NCBI GenBank assembly: GCA_044892525.1
Contig: CM097887.1
Span: 8,308,001-8,372,000, forward strand
Source of the DNA: Schmidtea polychroa
Lineage: Eukaryota
DNA: 64,000 bases
Direction: 5' to 3'
The translations under genes were made by a program, and so were the position numbers. Of this stretch, positions 1-10,214 are shown one piece after another. Position 1 is the stretch's first letter, and the number at the start of each line of letters is the position of its first letter. The notes under the pieces are model-generated. The model saw only the letters and a list, made by a program, of their open reading frames with translations. It was not told the origin of the DNA and did no database searches.

Positions 1-49
1 AGCAATAGCGAAAGCGGATAACGGAGATAACAACAATCAAGAACCGAAA

Positions 50-3000
50 ATGAATCAATTTATACCAGGAGCGCACCAAATTTTCAAACCACCACAAGGA
101 CGATCAAACGGGAATAATGGTAATCGTAACAACCCGAATAATGAGAACAATTTCAATAATCGGCGAAATATGAACGATAACAAGCAGTGCCGAACATGCG
201 GTAAACCAGGACACTGGGACAGAGATTGTTATAGAAATTCAAATTGTAATCGTTGCGGACGGCGTGGACATACCGAAAATGTATGCCAATTGCGAGGCTG
301 TTTTAACTGTGGTCAGCCAGGTCACATCTCCAGAGATTGCCGAGAAAGGGGCCAACAACAACGACCACCACAGCGAAATAATAATTATATAGCGAATCCG
401 CAACGACAAAGTAACCCTAACGAAGGAAAACAAATGAACGTTATGCAGGAAATTTCGCAGATGAAACAGATGATGCAACAAATGATGAGACCAAGACAAG
501 AATCAGCACCACAACAAACCCAGAATATACGTATGATGAGGAGTACCGAAAATCTCAACAATTATGAAGTGCATCAACATGTACAAGAATGGCAAAGGCT
601 ACAGGCCGAGGAAGAGAGGATAAAACAAGAACGCAACCAACAACGACAAGAACAACCATTGCGAATAAATATGATGAAGTTAGTAAAAGACATGAAGAGC
701 CAGTATTGCTACAATTACGGGAAAAGCCCAAGGGTAGTACCCATGACTGAACCAGAAAAAGTAAAGGAAATAACAACGGAAATGAAAACAGAGAATTCAA
801 CCACGATTTCAAAAGGAAACCAGAGAATTCAGAAAATATTCTGGAAAAAGATAAAGGATAAAATCGAAAAAGAACATAATAAAGCGAAAACCGAGACAGA
901 AGATGAAAATAACAAGAGCAAGGAACAAACCAGTCAACTAAACCACCAAATGCTACAAGAATCAGAATCAGAAGAAACAACAATATTCGAAAGAAAGAAA
1001 CTAAAGAGAGTACCAAGGATGAGAAACTTGCAAATCAATATGATGAAAAGGACAAAAGATGAAGCATCGTCAGACGAAGAAGAAGATTATGTAAGTAGTT
1101 TGGGTGGAGAAATACTACAGCCGAATGAAATAAGCGAACCCCCAAAAGGGGAAATCAAAGAGGAAGAAAGCGGAAACGAGATAACCAGTGAAAGTGAAGA
1201 CGAAGATATCGAAATAAAGTTGAGAAAAGCAAGGGAGGAAGCGATAAAACAGGTAGCCGAAATACTCCCAGTAGTAGTGAGAAACCAAGAGTTCATCGAC
1301 GTAATACCATTCAGGCGATTCGTGCAAAAAGTGATGAAATTGGAAAGAAACGAGAAAGATCTAATACCAAACGAGGAAAAATCAATTATAAAAAATTATA
1401 TGGAAAAAATGAAGCAGGCCGATACCACGCGGTATGTAATAAAAATTGGAACGAGTAGAGGACTTGAAAGAATGTGGATAAAAAATACAGTCACCGACGA
1501 ACTTTTCGATTGGATACGAGAACATTTGGGAAGTTCGAGAAAGAAAGAATATCTGTATCAATACCAAGGAGAACAGATCAAACCAGATATGCACTTAGTA
1601 GATGCACTAATATGGCCAGGAGAAACGCAAATACTGAAGTTGCATAAAGAAAAACAACCAGCCAACCTTTACGATTGGGCTAAAGATGCCAAGGCAGAAT
1701 ATGATTTTAATATCAAATTGAAATTAGAACAAATAAAACAATGTACTCTGAGACGAAACCTGGATAAGCTGATCAAACAAATTCAAGAACAAGTAGAAGA
1801 CAACTGGGATTTACTCATCACCAGACGAGCCCCAGCCATGTACGAACTAATGAGCCGGTTGCGAGATACAGAAATGCTCCGAATGAGTGATTGGAGAACC
1901 ATAAATTTGATCCACAAATATGGAAGGTTAAAAGAAACCCAGCCACAGAGGTTGGAAATAACCATATGGTTACCGAACGAAGAAAAACGACGAATAAAAA
2001 TGAGCAATCAGAGTACAGTGGATGACTTGGTATCAAAAATAAACCAAGAGATAACGGAAAAGGTACGTAGCGAAAGTAGTGATGGTATGGTGGATGATGT
2101 AGTCATGATGTACGATAAGATAATATTACGAGCGGAGGACGACACCTCGTTAAGCGAAATGGGTATGTGGGACAATCATCAGATAATCAGGATAGTACCA
2201 ATGGATGAATTCCGAACAAGAGATGTAACATATCAAAAAGAAATACGAGACCGGATGAAAACGTTATATCAAAAATCTACAGAAATAATTGAAATCCACC
2301 AACAATGGTTAAAAGAAAAAGAGCTACAAGGAAAAATCACGAAATTAAATACCAGATCCTGCAGACGAACCCCATGGGAAAGAGTGTGGAATGCAGAAAA
2401 TAAGGAATGGGAAATCCGGAAAGGAATCTTCGTAGAAACAGACATTGGTGAGACAGAAAGTGAATCGGAGGAAGAAGAAGAGGAACCCCCAGAATATGAA
2501 GAGGAAGCAAGGGGACAGACATCAGATGACGAAAGCGAGACGGATGTCACATCAGAAAGCGAAAATGAAGCGAGACATATTCATGCAATGAGGAAAAAGG
2601 AACGTGAATATGCTGATATGGACGGCGAGGAAGCGACGGAAGCAAGAGAACGAGAAGAGAAAGAAAGATATAAACAATTAGGCGATATTTTAGCAATGGG
2701 AGCGAAAAATCAAAAACGCCAGGTAGTAGCGTTGGCTAATATCATCTTAAAAACATCAGAGAATATCCACAATCTGAGAGGAATGGCAAAGGCAATAGAG
2801 GAATACCGGCAATATAATGAATGGTATCCAGAACAGCTAGAACAAATTATTCGAAAATGGAGAAATCAGGAATGGGCACAAGACACCCAGGAGAGGTATC
2901 ACATCCGAATCAAGTATCCGGACAAGAGCATCGAGGAACTAGAGGTGCATCCAACAACAAAAATTAGAGAATTAAAAAAGAAATTAGCATATGAAACTCC

Positions 3001-6000
3001 ATTCCATCTGCAACTGTTCGGAAAATCACTAGACGATAATGCAGACGTCGGGATAACACCCATGAGATTGGAAGAGACAAATGTATTAACAATGGCAGAA
3101 ACGTTGGGAAAACCGTTAAAAAGGAAAAGTAAAATTATTAAACCAACAAAAGGCAGTTTGAGTACTCCAAGTCCGAACAAAGCACCAAGTAAATCTAATG
3201 AAACTGAAGAAGTTGAAGAGATAATCCTGGAAGATAGTGACGATGAACCAGGAGAAAGATCACCGCTATTAGTGAGATGGCCGACAGGAGCCGAAATGTG
3301 GACTAATAACCAGCCATCAACGAGTTATCAACAACCAACGAAACTGAACATCAAAGAAATCATCGACAATACTACGGAAACCGAAACGGATGAACAATTC
3401 CAGAAGCAAAGAGAACCAACGAAAGTAACACCAGAAAGTCAAACCGACAAAATAATAGACGAATGGAATGAGTGGCTAAGAAATAACGATAGCTCATTAC
3501 CCAGAACGGATAACGAAAGAAATCCGAATTACGAAAATACCAGAGAAGCCGGAACGATGATGGAAAAACGGGCAAAAGGAAGACCGAAGAAACAAGGAGA
3601 AAAGTCTGAGTTCAAAACCAAAGAACAATTAAAGCAAGAACAAGGGCAAGTTCGATTAGAAAAATTGGATAAAATAGTATGGGATCTAAAGGAAGCCCAA
3701 CCAACGATCGAAAGAGGAGAAAAATGGATACGAGAATTGTTAAAAGATATGTTAATAATAACAAACCCACAACTTCGACGTTTGTGGCAACGGAAAGTAG
3801 CCAGTACGGAAGCTAGACAATTATGGCACACCATTTCGGGGATAATCCCAAAGTTAATCAAAGAGAAAACGAAAACCACCAAAACAGATTGGGACGAAAC
3901 AAAGAGAGTGATTGAGCAGCTCACGACAAATGCAAATGATGACGAGCATCACCTAGTGGTAATCACTTATTTGATGTATAATTTGATGGGACTAGCTGCG
4001 AGGAAAATACCAAATAAACAGTTTGCAAATCATGTGGAAATGACCGTTTCAATCATAGAGAATACTATTGAACCACATATTATTCGTGCCGGAGGATGGA
4101 AAAGACTTATACAAGCGCCACGGAAAAATGAGCAAGAAAGGTCGATGCAAGTTAGATTGAAAAAACTATTAAATGAACTAGAATGGGAACTACCAATGAA
4201 AGATCCCGCAAGCAGAAAAGCATCAATAAATTCGTTAATGATGACTATGATGATATGGATGTTGTGCACAAGTGGAGCAACAGGCTTCACCATCTACGAT
4301 TGTGATAATATGATAATGAGAGATAAATACTCATTGAGAGACATAGAAGAATGCAGACAAGCCTCACCCAACAAATTGGACATCGTGAGAACAAAAGTTA
4401 CTTACCATGTATATCAAGAATCAGATTTCATCAGAACGCAAGCAAGGGAATGCGTAGTATCAAAAAAGGTACTCGCATATTACTGTGGACAATATTCGTA
4501 TTCGACTCTTATACTACCCGGTCTGGATAAGGAAATCGTATCAATACAACGAGAGGATTGTAAAGAGCTATTTAGAACCGGAGCGCTAAAAATGCATAAC
4601 GGAGTGACAATTCACGGACAAACTGGAATGATTAAAACCGAAAGTGTTTACGTATCCGGAAAAGTAAAATCATCAGATGGGTCATGTAACGGGGGGACGT
4701 ATACGATCCGAGGCGAGGTAATATCGGGAGTTGTAGTGATCGAGTCTTACACGGTCGAATTAAAAGAATACGAAGCGCAATTTGACGCAAATAATTACCA
4801 AATGAAGACCAACCCAGCGTGTAAAGCTACAGAAAACGTATGCAGGACAGGAGTATCAACTATAATCTATGAAGCTAATACCCAAAAATGCCGACTCCAA
4901 CTGTTAAAAAGTGCTTTGTTCAATGAAGTAAAAGGAGAAATATATGAGAACGAGAACGACGAGGATGGAAACGACAGAGTGAGAATGCGAAATGGAAAAC
5001 CAATGCCACCATCTCCCAGAGAAAAGAGACTTTCAACGCAGAAGACACCAACAGCATTAATCACAGACGATCCAGATCTAGGTATGAGATTTATCAAAGA
5101 GAAAGAAACCACCAAATGTGACAGTATAGTATATAAAACCAATTACGCAGGTATCTACATGTCGAGACAAATAATCGATAGAGCAGTGGGAAAGATAGCA
5201 ACGGAGGACGTAAAACTGTACTTATATGCAAATAATAAAATGGATTTTCTATTTCATCGCGGACAAACGACCTTGCAAAAAGTATATTACGATCTGATAC
5301 AAAACGATTGTTCATTGAATAAAGAAATATTGAAAACAAAGCTAGCTATTGCGATAACGCACCCAGATAACACGATGCCATCACTCCCATTACCAGATGG
5401 ACACTTTGGTAGAATGGTAGGAGAAGTGATGTACACATACCAGTGTACCAAGACGTATGCACGAATGCCAGAAAAATCCATACTACCCGAAAAGAGATGT
5501 GCAAATGAATTAGAAATTCGTTATAAAGGACAAAATCGATTCGTCCAACCAGTCACTAGAATTATGAATCCAGTGGGTTTCTACCCAAATCTCTTTAACT
5601 GTTCTAATGCATACGGACCTTTGTATGAAAGACCCGATGGGAAATGGATGATGTTACCGGGAAAAACCATATCCGAGGAACCCAAGAAATTTGGATTAAT
5701 AGAACTCGCCACAGAGCTGGATTTCAAACCTATAGACGTGTCAAACGGTGGTATGTATTCCCCAGAAGACCTAGAAACAGCACGACTTAACGTACTCTTC
5801 CCAGCCAGACGAGAATCCATTTTGTCAAATATGGTCACAATAACTGGGGGCACAAACTATCAATCAGGCCCGAATTACGAGCTGCTATTATCACCAGACC
5901 ATTTTCAACAAGCTACGTCAAACATGATGAAAGCAATGTGGGGAAGATTCTTAGTTTTTGGACAAATGATGGCCGGGATATTAGGGATCATACTCATAAT

Positions 6001-9000
6001 TCAGATAGTCAGAGTAATACTAACACAAATGTTAGCTTGTTTCGATATATACAAGCGGGAAAAGAAAGTTAACTGGAAAATGATAGTAGGTTTCTTACCA
6101 TTTTTAGCTAAGACCATGGTATTACATGGCCACTCAAAAGACATTCATCGGATAAAGCGATTGATTAAAATATTAACAAAGATTAAAGGAACCGACGAAG
6201 AAGTAGGCAGACGATTCCGGAAAGCAATGTACGATGAAGCAACAAGACGACAATTGAAAAAGAATAAGCCAAAATTCTTGGACCGATTTAGAAGCCAATC
6301 ATCTAACAGCGATAGTGACGACGATGATAACGGGAACGATAAATGTCTTTATCCAAACAGAAACCCAAACGAAAAACCAATGGAAACGGCACCATATTGG
6401 GAAAAGGAAAAGACAAACACCTGGATCGCCAATGGAAGCTATATACCACCGGATATCGTGGGACCACAAGCAGCTTTGACCATGACACAAAATATGTATC
6501 CGCAATTACCGAGTCAACCCGGTATGCATTATATGCCAACACGACGTACCAAAAGTGTAGATCAAGCAGATGACGTAAGAACAATAGCAGCGATGAGTTT
6601 ACCTGGAGGTCCAGCAGTAACAGTTATGATTCAAATCAATGGTAAAGAAACCAATGCTATGATAGACACCGGAGCTAATGTATCAGCGATAGCGATTAAT
6701 CAAATTCCCAGTAAACACTGGAAAGATATCGAATCAACAACAATTCACATCATAGCATGTAGTAAAGAAACAGTGGACGTGGTCGGAAGATGGTGGACTA
6801 CATTGAGATACCAGGACAACGAAATTGAAACGTATTTGGCAGTAATACCAAAACTTAGCGTACCATGCATAATCGGAACGGATTTGATGCCAGAATTGTT
6901 AAAAGAAGTCGTAATTGACTTAACAACCATGTGTTTAAAAGACAAAACCGGTAGAATATGCAAAATGAATGCAGTCATCAGATGTCCAGAAAAAATAATA
7001 GTACCAGCAAAATCGCAGATGATTTGTCAGATAAAAGTGGATACGGGTATGGAAGGAGAAGTTATCTTTGAACCAAGCAAGTCATTTGAAAAGCGACGAG
7101 AATTACCACTCGCAAGAGAAATAATCACAATAAACCAAGAAGGAGTGATACCGCTCAACATCACGAATTTCGAAGAGGAAGACAAAATCATTTATGAGAA
7201 CGAAAAATTGGGAAGATTGACCCCAATGATGGACATAGAATTACCGAAAGTGACCAACGAGATGATCAAAGATGATGAATTATGGACAATAGATAGTATG
7301 TTGTTGACGAATGATGAAAAGAAAAAATTACACCGATTGTTGGTAGAATATAAAGATATATTCGCCATCTCAGATTTAGACTTGGGTACATGTGATGTTA
7401 CCTTACATGCAATACCACTCATAGACGAAACCCCAATTGCATTGAGACCATACAAGCTAGCAGAAATGCAGAAAGAAATAGCCGAAACAGAAGTACAAAA
7501 GATGCTAGACGCAAAAGTAATCGAACCAAGTTGCTCACCCTGGCAATTCCCAGTGGTCATGGTAAAAAAGAAAGATGGCACCCAACGATTCTGTATCGAT
7601 TATCGGAAGTTAAACGCAGTGACCAAGAGAGATACCTATCCATTGCCGGACATCAATGAGATGTTATTGATGTTGCAAGGGGCAGCATATTTTACTTCTT
7701 TAGATCTAAAAAGTGGATACTGGCAGATTAAAGTCAAAGATGAGGACAAAGAGAAAACAGCTTTCACGTTGGGACGAGATCTATATCAATTCAGGAAAAT
7801 GCCATTTGGACTGACCAACGCACCAGCATCATTTCAACGGTGTATGAACTTTGTCACCCATGGAATCAAACAATGTATGGTATATATTGATGATTTACTA
7901 ATCTATTCAGCGACATTTGAACAACATCTGGAAGATATCCGAAACGTATTTATTAGATTAAGACAGTGGAAACTCAAACTCAAACCATCAAAATGCGATT
8001 GGGCAAAGGAAAAAGTCACGTTTTTAGGACACATAGTGTCAGCTAAAGGAAAGGAGCCAGATCCAAGAAACATTGAGAAAATAAAAACATGTCCAGCACC
8101 GAAAACTGTCACCCAAGTTCAGGAATTTCTAGGATTATGCGGATACTATCGCAAATTTATCAAAAATTATGCAGGAATTGCAAAACCAATCCAGGAATTA
8201 GTAAAGAAGGATATTTCGTTCATTTGGGAAAAAGAACAACAACAGGCGTTCGAAACGCTGAGAGATAAACTAATCGAAGCACCTATCCTCGTACACCCAG
8301 ATTTTAAGAAGCCATTTCTATTGGCAACGGATGCAAGCGGGTACGCGGCAGGCGCGATTCTGGGACAATTAGACGATGAGGGAAAAGAGAGAGTAATCGG
8401 GTATTACAGTCGAACATTCAAAAAGCACGAAAAGAACTATTCGGTAACAGAACGAGAAGCATTGGCTATAATACAAGCTATCAAACACTTCCGATATTTA
8501 CTATGGGGACATGAGATATGCATAACCACAGATCATCAACCATTAGTGTGGTTAGGGCAACATAAAGAAGCGTCCAGTAGACTGATGCGATGGGCCATGC
8601 AATTGCAAGAATACTCCCCATTTATAAAATTCAAAGCGGGAAGAGCAAATGCCAACGCCGATTGTATGTCAAGATTTATTTTCCCAGATTTGGTGGATTC
8701 AGAAATGCAACGCATATGCTTAATAGTAGCGGAAGATTTGGATTTCTGTCAATTACGAAAGGACCAACAAGAGGACGCGGAATTAAAACAAATTATCGAT
8801 TATGTAAAAACCGGAAAGACAGAGGTATATGCGAAAGACCAAAAATTAAAAGAACATATGGATAAACACCGACACCGATATATTATAGAGAAAGATTGGT
8901 TGCTGATAATGGATGGGGAAAAACGATTAATGTGTATACCGGAAAACCGACGAAAAGAGTTACTAACGCAATATCACGATGGGAGATTGGGAGGACATAT

Positions 9001-10162
9001 GTCATCGAAAAAGACGTTAGCAAGAATGAAACAGAAATATTTTTGGCCTACGTTAACTGAAGATGTAACTGAATGGGTAAAAAATTGTCTAACTTGTGCA
9101 ACCAGGAAGAATACTGGATCGAAATGGAAAGCACCTTTAACGCCAATGCCAGTACCAATAGAACCAATGACAATGATATCCATGGACGTAGTTGGTCCAC
9201 TACCAGAGTCAGATAAAGGAAACGTTTACATTCTAGTGATCACAGACTTTCTTACGAAATTCCCAGAAGCATTCGCGATGCCAGACCAAAAAGCTAAAAC
9301 AATCGCAAAAATTTTGGTAGAAGAGATATGTTGCCGATATGGAACACCAAAACAAATCTTAACCGATCAGGGAACTAATTTTATGAGTGAGATAATGAGC
9401 GAAGTAACAAACTACTTCAAAATAGCAAAACTAAGAACATCTCCATACCACCCTCAAACCAATGGGATGACGGAAAGATTTAATGGAACACTTATACAAA
9501 TGTTATCAAACTACGTTGACCGTCACCAACGAGATTGGGACGAATATATAAACCTATGTCTTATGGCGTACAGAATGTCGATTCACGCATCAACGAAAAT
9601 GAGCCCATTCAAATTAATGTACGGAAGAGAATGTAATATGCCAATGGACCTAGAATACCAACCACCGATATCGCAGTATATGGAGATCGATGATTATGTT
9701 ACGAAATTCAAGGAAAGAATGCAAGAAATTTGGGAAACTGCGGGATTAAATATCAAGTTCTACCAGGAAAGTTATAAAGATTTACACGATCGAAAGAAAA
9801 ACGTGAAGCAACATACGTTCCAAACAGGTGATTGGGTAATGATAGAAACCCCGGAATTGATTCCAGGAACCACAAAAAAGTTACAACGCAACGGAAAAGG
9901 ACCATATGAGATCTTATTCGTAGGCGAAACTAATGTAAGAGTGAAATTGGTAAATAACCCCTTTACCAGACCAATATACGTAAACGTGGCACGATGCAAA
10001 TCAATTCCAAAAACAGCCACTAGTCAACCAGAAGGCCGTACATTAACCACACGTTCGCAAACCTACCGAATGAACATGATGCAACAACTCGCAGAACCGA
10101 TCACTGGACGATTAGGTATCCAACCATCAGAAGCGGAAAAGATTGTAAGAGGTAAAAATTAA
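50..10162 (+). CDS. Gag-(UBL x3)-(Bcl-2-like)-Env-Pol polyprotein, >3370 aa, 5'-truncated by the window (frame open back to position 2)
   Basis: CCHC knuckles 188-340; protease AMIDTGA (D at 6665); RT YIDD (7883-7894); RNase H TDAS/TDHQPL/NADCMSR (~8315-8670); integrase H-x6-H...CLTC, DVVGP, TDQG, NGMTERFN, GPY motif (~8975-9990). No stop codon in 10.1 kb. Confidence 0.97.
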   Translation: MNQFIPGAHQIFKPPQGRSNGNNGNRNNPNNENNFNNRRNMNDNKQCRTCGKPGHWDRDCYRNSNCNRCGRRGHTENVCQLRGCFNCGQPGHISRDCRERGQQQRPPQRNNNYIANPQRQSNPNEGKQMNVMQEISQMKQMMQQMMRPRQESAPQQTQNIRMMRSTENLNNYEVHQHVQEWQRLQAEEERIKQERNQQRQEQPLRINMMKLVKDMKSQYCYNYGKSPRVVPMTEPEKVKEITTEMKTENSTTISKGNQRIQKIFWKKIKDKIEKEHNKAKTETEDENNKSKEQTSQLNHQMLQESESEETTIFERKKLKRVPRMRNLQINMMKRTKDEASSDEEEDYVSSLGGEILQPNEISEPPKGEIKEEESGNEITSESEDEDIEIKLRKAREEAIKQVAEILPVVVRNQEFIDVIPFRRFVQKVMKLERNEKDLIPNEEKSIIKNYMEKMKQADTTRYVIKIGTSRGLERMWIKNTVTDELFDWIREHLGSSRKKEYLYQYQGEQIKPDMHLVDALIWPGETQILKLHKEKQPANLYDWAKDAKAEYDFNIKLKLEQIKQCTLRRNLDKLIKQIQEQVEDNWDLLITRRAPAMYELMSRLRDTEMLRMSDWRTINLIHKYGRLKETQPQRLEITIWLPNEEKRRIKMSNQSTVDDLVSKINQEITEKVRSESSDGMVDDVVMMYDKIILRAEDDTSLSEMGMWDNHQIIRIVPMDEFRTRDVTYQKEIRDRMKTLYQKSTEIIEIHQQWLKEKELQGKITKLNTRSCRRTPWERVWNAENKEWEIRKGIFVETDIGETESESEEEEEEPPEYEEEARGQTSDDESETDVTSESENEARHIHAMRKKEREYADMDGEEATEAREREEKERYKQLGDILAMGAKNQKRQVVALANIILKTSENIHNLRGMAKAIEEYRQYNEWYPEQLEQIIRKWRNQEWAQDTQERYHIRIKYPDKSIEELEVHPTTKIRELKKKLAYETPFHLQLFGKSLDDNADVGITPMRLEETNVLTMAETLGKPLKRKSKIIKPTKGSLSTPSPNKAPSKSNETEEVEEIILEDSDDEPGERSPLLVRWPTGAEMWTNNQPSTSYQQPTKLNIKEIIDNTTETETDEQFQKQREPTKVTPESQTDKIIDEWNEWLRNNDSSLPRTDNERNPNYENTREAGTMMEKRAKGRPKKQGEKSEFKTKEQLKQEQGQVRLEKLDKIVWDLKEAQPTIERGEKWIRELLKDMLIITNPQLRRLWQRKVASTEARQLWHTISGIIPKLIKEKTKTTKTDWDETKRVIEQLTTNANDDEHHLVVITYLMYNLMGLAARKIPNKQFANHVEMTVSIIENTIEPHIIRAGGWKRLIQAPRKNEQERSMQVRLKKLLNELEWELPMKDPASRKASINSLMMTMMIWMLCTSGATGFTIYDCDNMIMRDKYSLRDIEECRQASPNKLDIVRTKVTYHVYQESDFIRTQARECVVSKKVLAYYCGQYSYSTLILPGLDKEIVSIQREDCKELFRTGALKMHNGVTIHGQTGMIKTESVYVSGKVKSSDGSCNGGTYTIRGEVISGVVVIESYTVELKEYEAQFDANNYQMKTNPACKATENVCRTGVSTIIYEANTQKCRLQLLKSALFNEVKGEIYENENDEDGNDRVRMRNGKPMPPSPREKRLSTQKTPTALITDDPDLGMRFIKEKETTKCDSIVYKTNYAGIYMSRQIIDRAVGKIATEDVKLYLYANNKMDFLFHRGQTTLQKVYYDLIQNDCSLNKEILKTKLAIAITHPDNTMPSLPLPDGHFGRMVGEVMYTYQCTKTYARMPEKSILPEKRCANELEIRYKGQNRFVQPVTRIMNPVGFYPNLFNCSNAYGPLYERPDGKWMMLPGKTISEEPKKFGLIELATELDFKPIDVSNGGMYSPEDLETARLNVLFPARRESILSNMVTITGGTNYQSGPNYELLLSPDHFQQATSNMMKAMWGRFLVFGQMMAGILGIILIIQIVRVILTQMLACFDIYKREKKVNWKMIVGFLPFLAKTMVLHGHSKDIHRIKRLIKILTKIKGTDEEVGRRFRKAMYDEATRRQLKKNKPKFLDRFRSQSSNSDSDDDDNGNDKCLYPNRNPNEKPMETAPYWEKEKTNTWIANGSYIPPDIVGPQAALTMTQNMYPQLPSQPGMHYMPTRRTKSVDQADDVRTIAAMSLPGGPAVTVMIQINGKETNAMIDTGANVSAIAINQIPSKHWKDIESTTIHIIACSKETVDVVGRWWTTLRYQDNEIETYLAVIPKLSVPCIIGTDLMPELLKEVVIDLTTMCLKDKTGRICKMNAVIRCPEKIIVPAKSQMICQIKVDTGMEGEVIFEPSKSFEKRRELPLAREIITINQEGVIPLNITNFEEEDKIIYENEKLGRLTPMMDIELPKVTNEMIKDDELWTIDSMLLTNDEKKKLHRLLVEYKDIFAISDLDLGTCDVTLHAIPLIDETPIALRPYKLAEMQKEIAETEVQKMLDAKVIEPSCSPWQFPVVMVKKKDGTQRFCIDYRKLNAVTKRDTYPLPDINEMLLMLQGAAYFTSLDLKSGYWQIKVKDEDKEKTAFTLGRDLYQFRKMPFGLTNAPASFQRCMNFVTHGIKQCMVYIDDLLIYSATFEQHLEDIRNVFIRLRQWKLKLKPSKCDWAKEKVTFLGHIVSAKGKEPDPRNIEKIKTCPAPKTVTQVQEFLGLCGYYRKFIKNYAGIAKPIQELVKKDISFIWEKEQQQAFETLRDKLIEAPILVHPDFKKPFLLATDASGYAAGAILGQLDDEGKERVIGYYSRTFKKHEKNYSVTEREALAIIQAIKHFRYLLWGHEICITTDHQPLVWLGQHKEASSRLMRWAMQLQEYSPFIKFKAGRANANADCMSRFIFPDLVDSEMQRICLIVAEDLDFCQLRKDQQEDAELKQIIDYVKTGKTEVYAKDQKLKEHMDKHRHRYIIEKDWLLIMDGEKRLMCIPENRRKELLTQYHDGRLGGHMSSKKTLARMKQKYFWPTLTEDVTEWVKNCLTCATRKNTGSKWKAPLTPMPVPIEPMTMISMDVVGPLPESDKGNVYILVITDFLTKFPEAFAMPDQKAKTIAKILVEEICCRYGTPKQILTDQGTNFMSEIMSEVTNYFKIAKLRTSPYHPQTNGMTERFNGTLIQMLSNYVDRHQRDWDEYINLCLMAYRMSIHASTKMSPFKLMYGRECNMPMDLEYQPPISQYMEIDDYVTKFKERMQEIWETAGLNIKFYQESYKDLHDRKKNVKQHTFQTGDWVMIETPELIPGTTKKLQRNGKGPYEILFVGETNVRVKLVNNPFTRPIYVNVARCKSIPKTATSQPEGRTLTTRSQTYRMNMMQQLAEPITGRLGIQPSEAEKIVRGKN
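188..340 (+). other. Three tandem CX2CX4HX4C zinc knuckles (nucleocapsid)
   Basis: CRTCGKPGHWDRDC, CNRCGRRGHTENVC, CFNCGQPGHISRDC. Confidence 0.97.
1430..3091 (+). other. Three ubiquitin-like domains in the polyprotein (~1430-1645, ~1952-2200, ~2897-3091)
   Basis: The third aligns by eye to ubiquitin: LEVHPTTKIRELKKKL...FGKSLDD vs LEVEPSDTIENVKAKI...FAGKQLED. The second has I.LP..KRRIKM...STVDDLVSKI...DDTSLSEMGM. The first is SUMO/UBL-like (YQYQGEQIKPD) and weakest. Confidence 0.65.
3770..4108 (+). other. Bcl-2-like domain in the polyprotein
   Basis: BH2-like PHIIRAGGWKRL (GGW at 4091-4099), preceded at the expected spacing by a helix pattern matching the BH1/alpha5-6 region (TKRVIEQLTTN...HHLVVITYLMYNL...HVEMTVSII). 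The NWGR motif is not conserved. Confidence 0.65.
4226..6130 (+). other. Chuvirus/mononega-like class III fusion glycoprotein (Env) with internal signal peptide and C-terminal TM
   Basis: Hydrophobic signal (LMMTMMIWMLCTSGATG) then FTIYDC..YSLRDIEEC, DGSCNGGTY, CDSIVYKTNY, YANNKMDFL...YYDLIQNDC.L.KEIL, GEVMYTYQC, CANEL..F.QP.TRI, GMYSPEDL...FP.RRESIL; TM ~5948-6022. The motif series matches my recollection of chuviral glycoproteins. Confidence 0.85.
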
Positions 10163-10214
10163 AATACCTGGATGGGCAAAAGATCGATTAGATTTCGAAA
10201 TATTAGGAGGATTA

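Noticed and set aside
1740-1920. CARD/death-fold-like helical segment between UBL1 and UBL2
   Set aside because: The resemblance needs a long insertion and is too weak without a profile search.
10205-10210. AGGAGG Shine-Dalgarno-like sequence before ORF2
   Set aside because: Eukaryotic context (spliceosomal introns nearby); a single occurrence is expected by chance.
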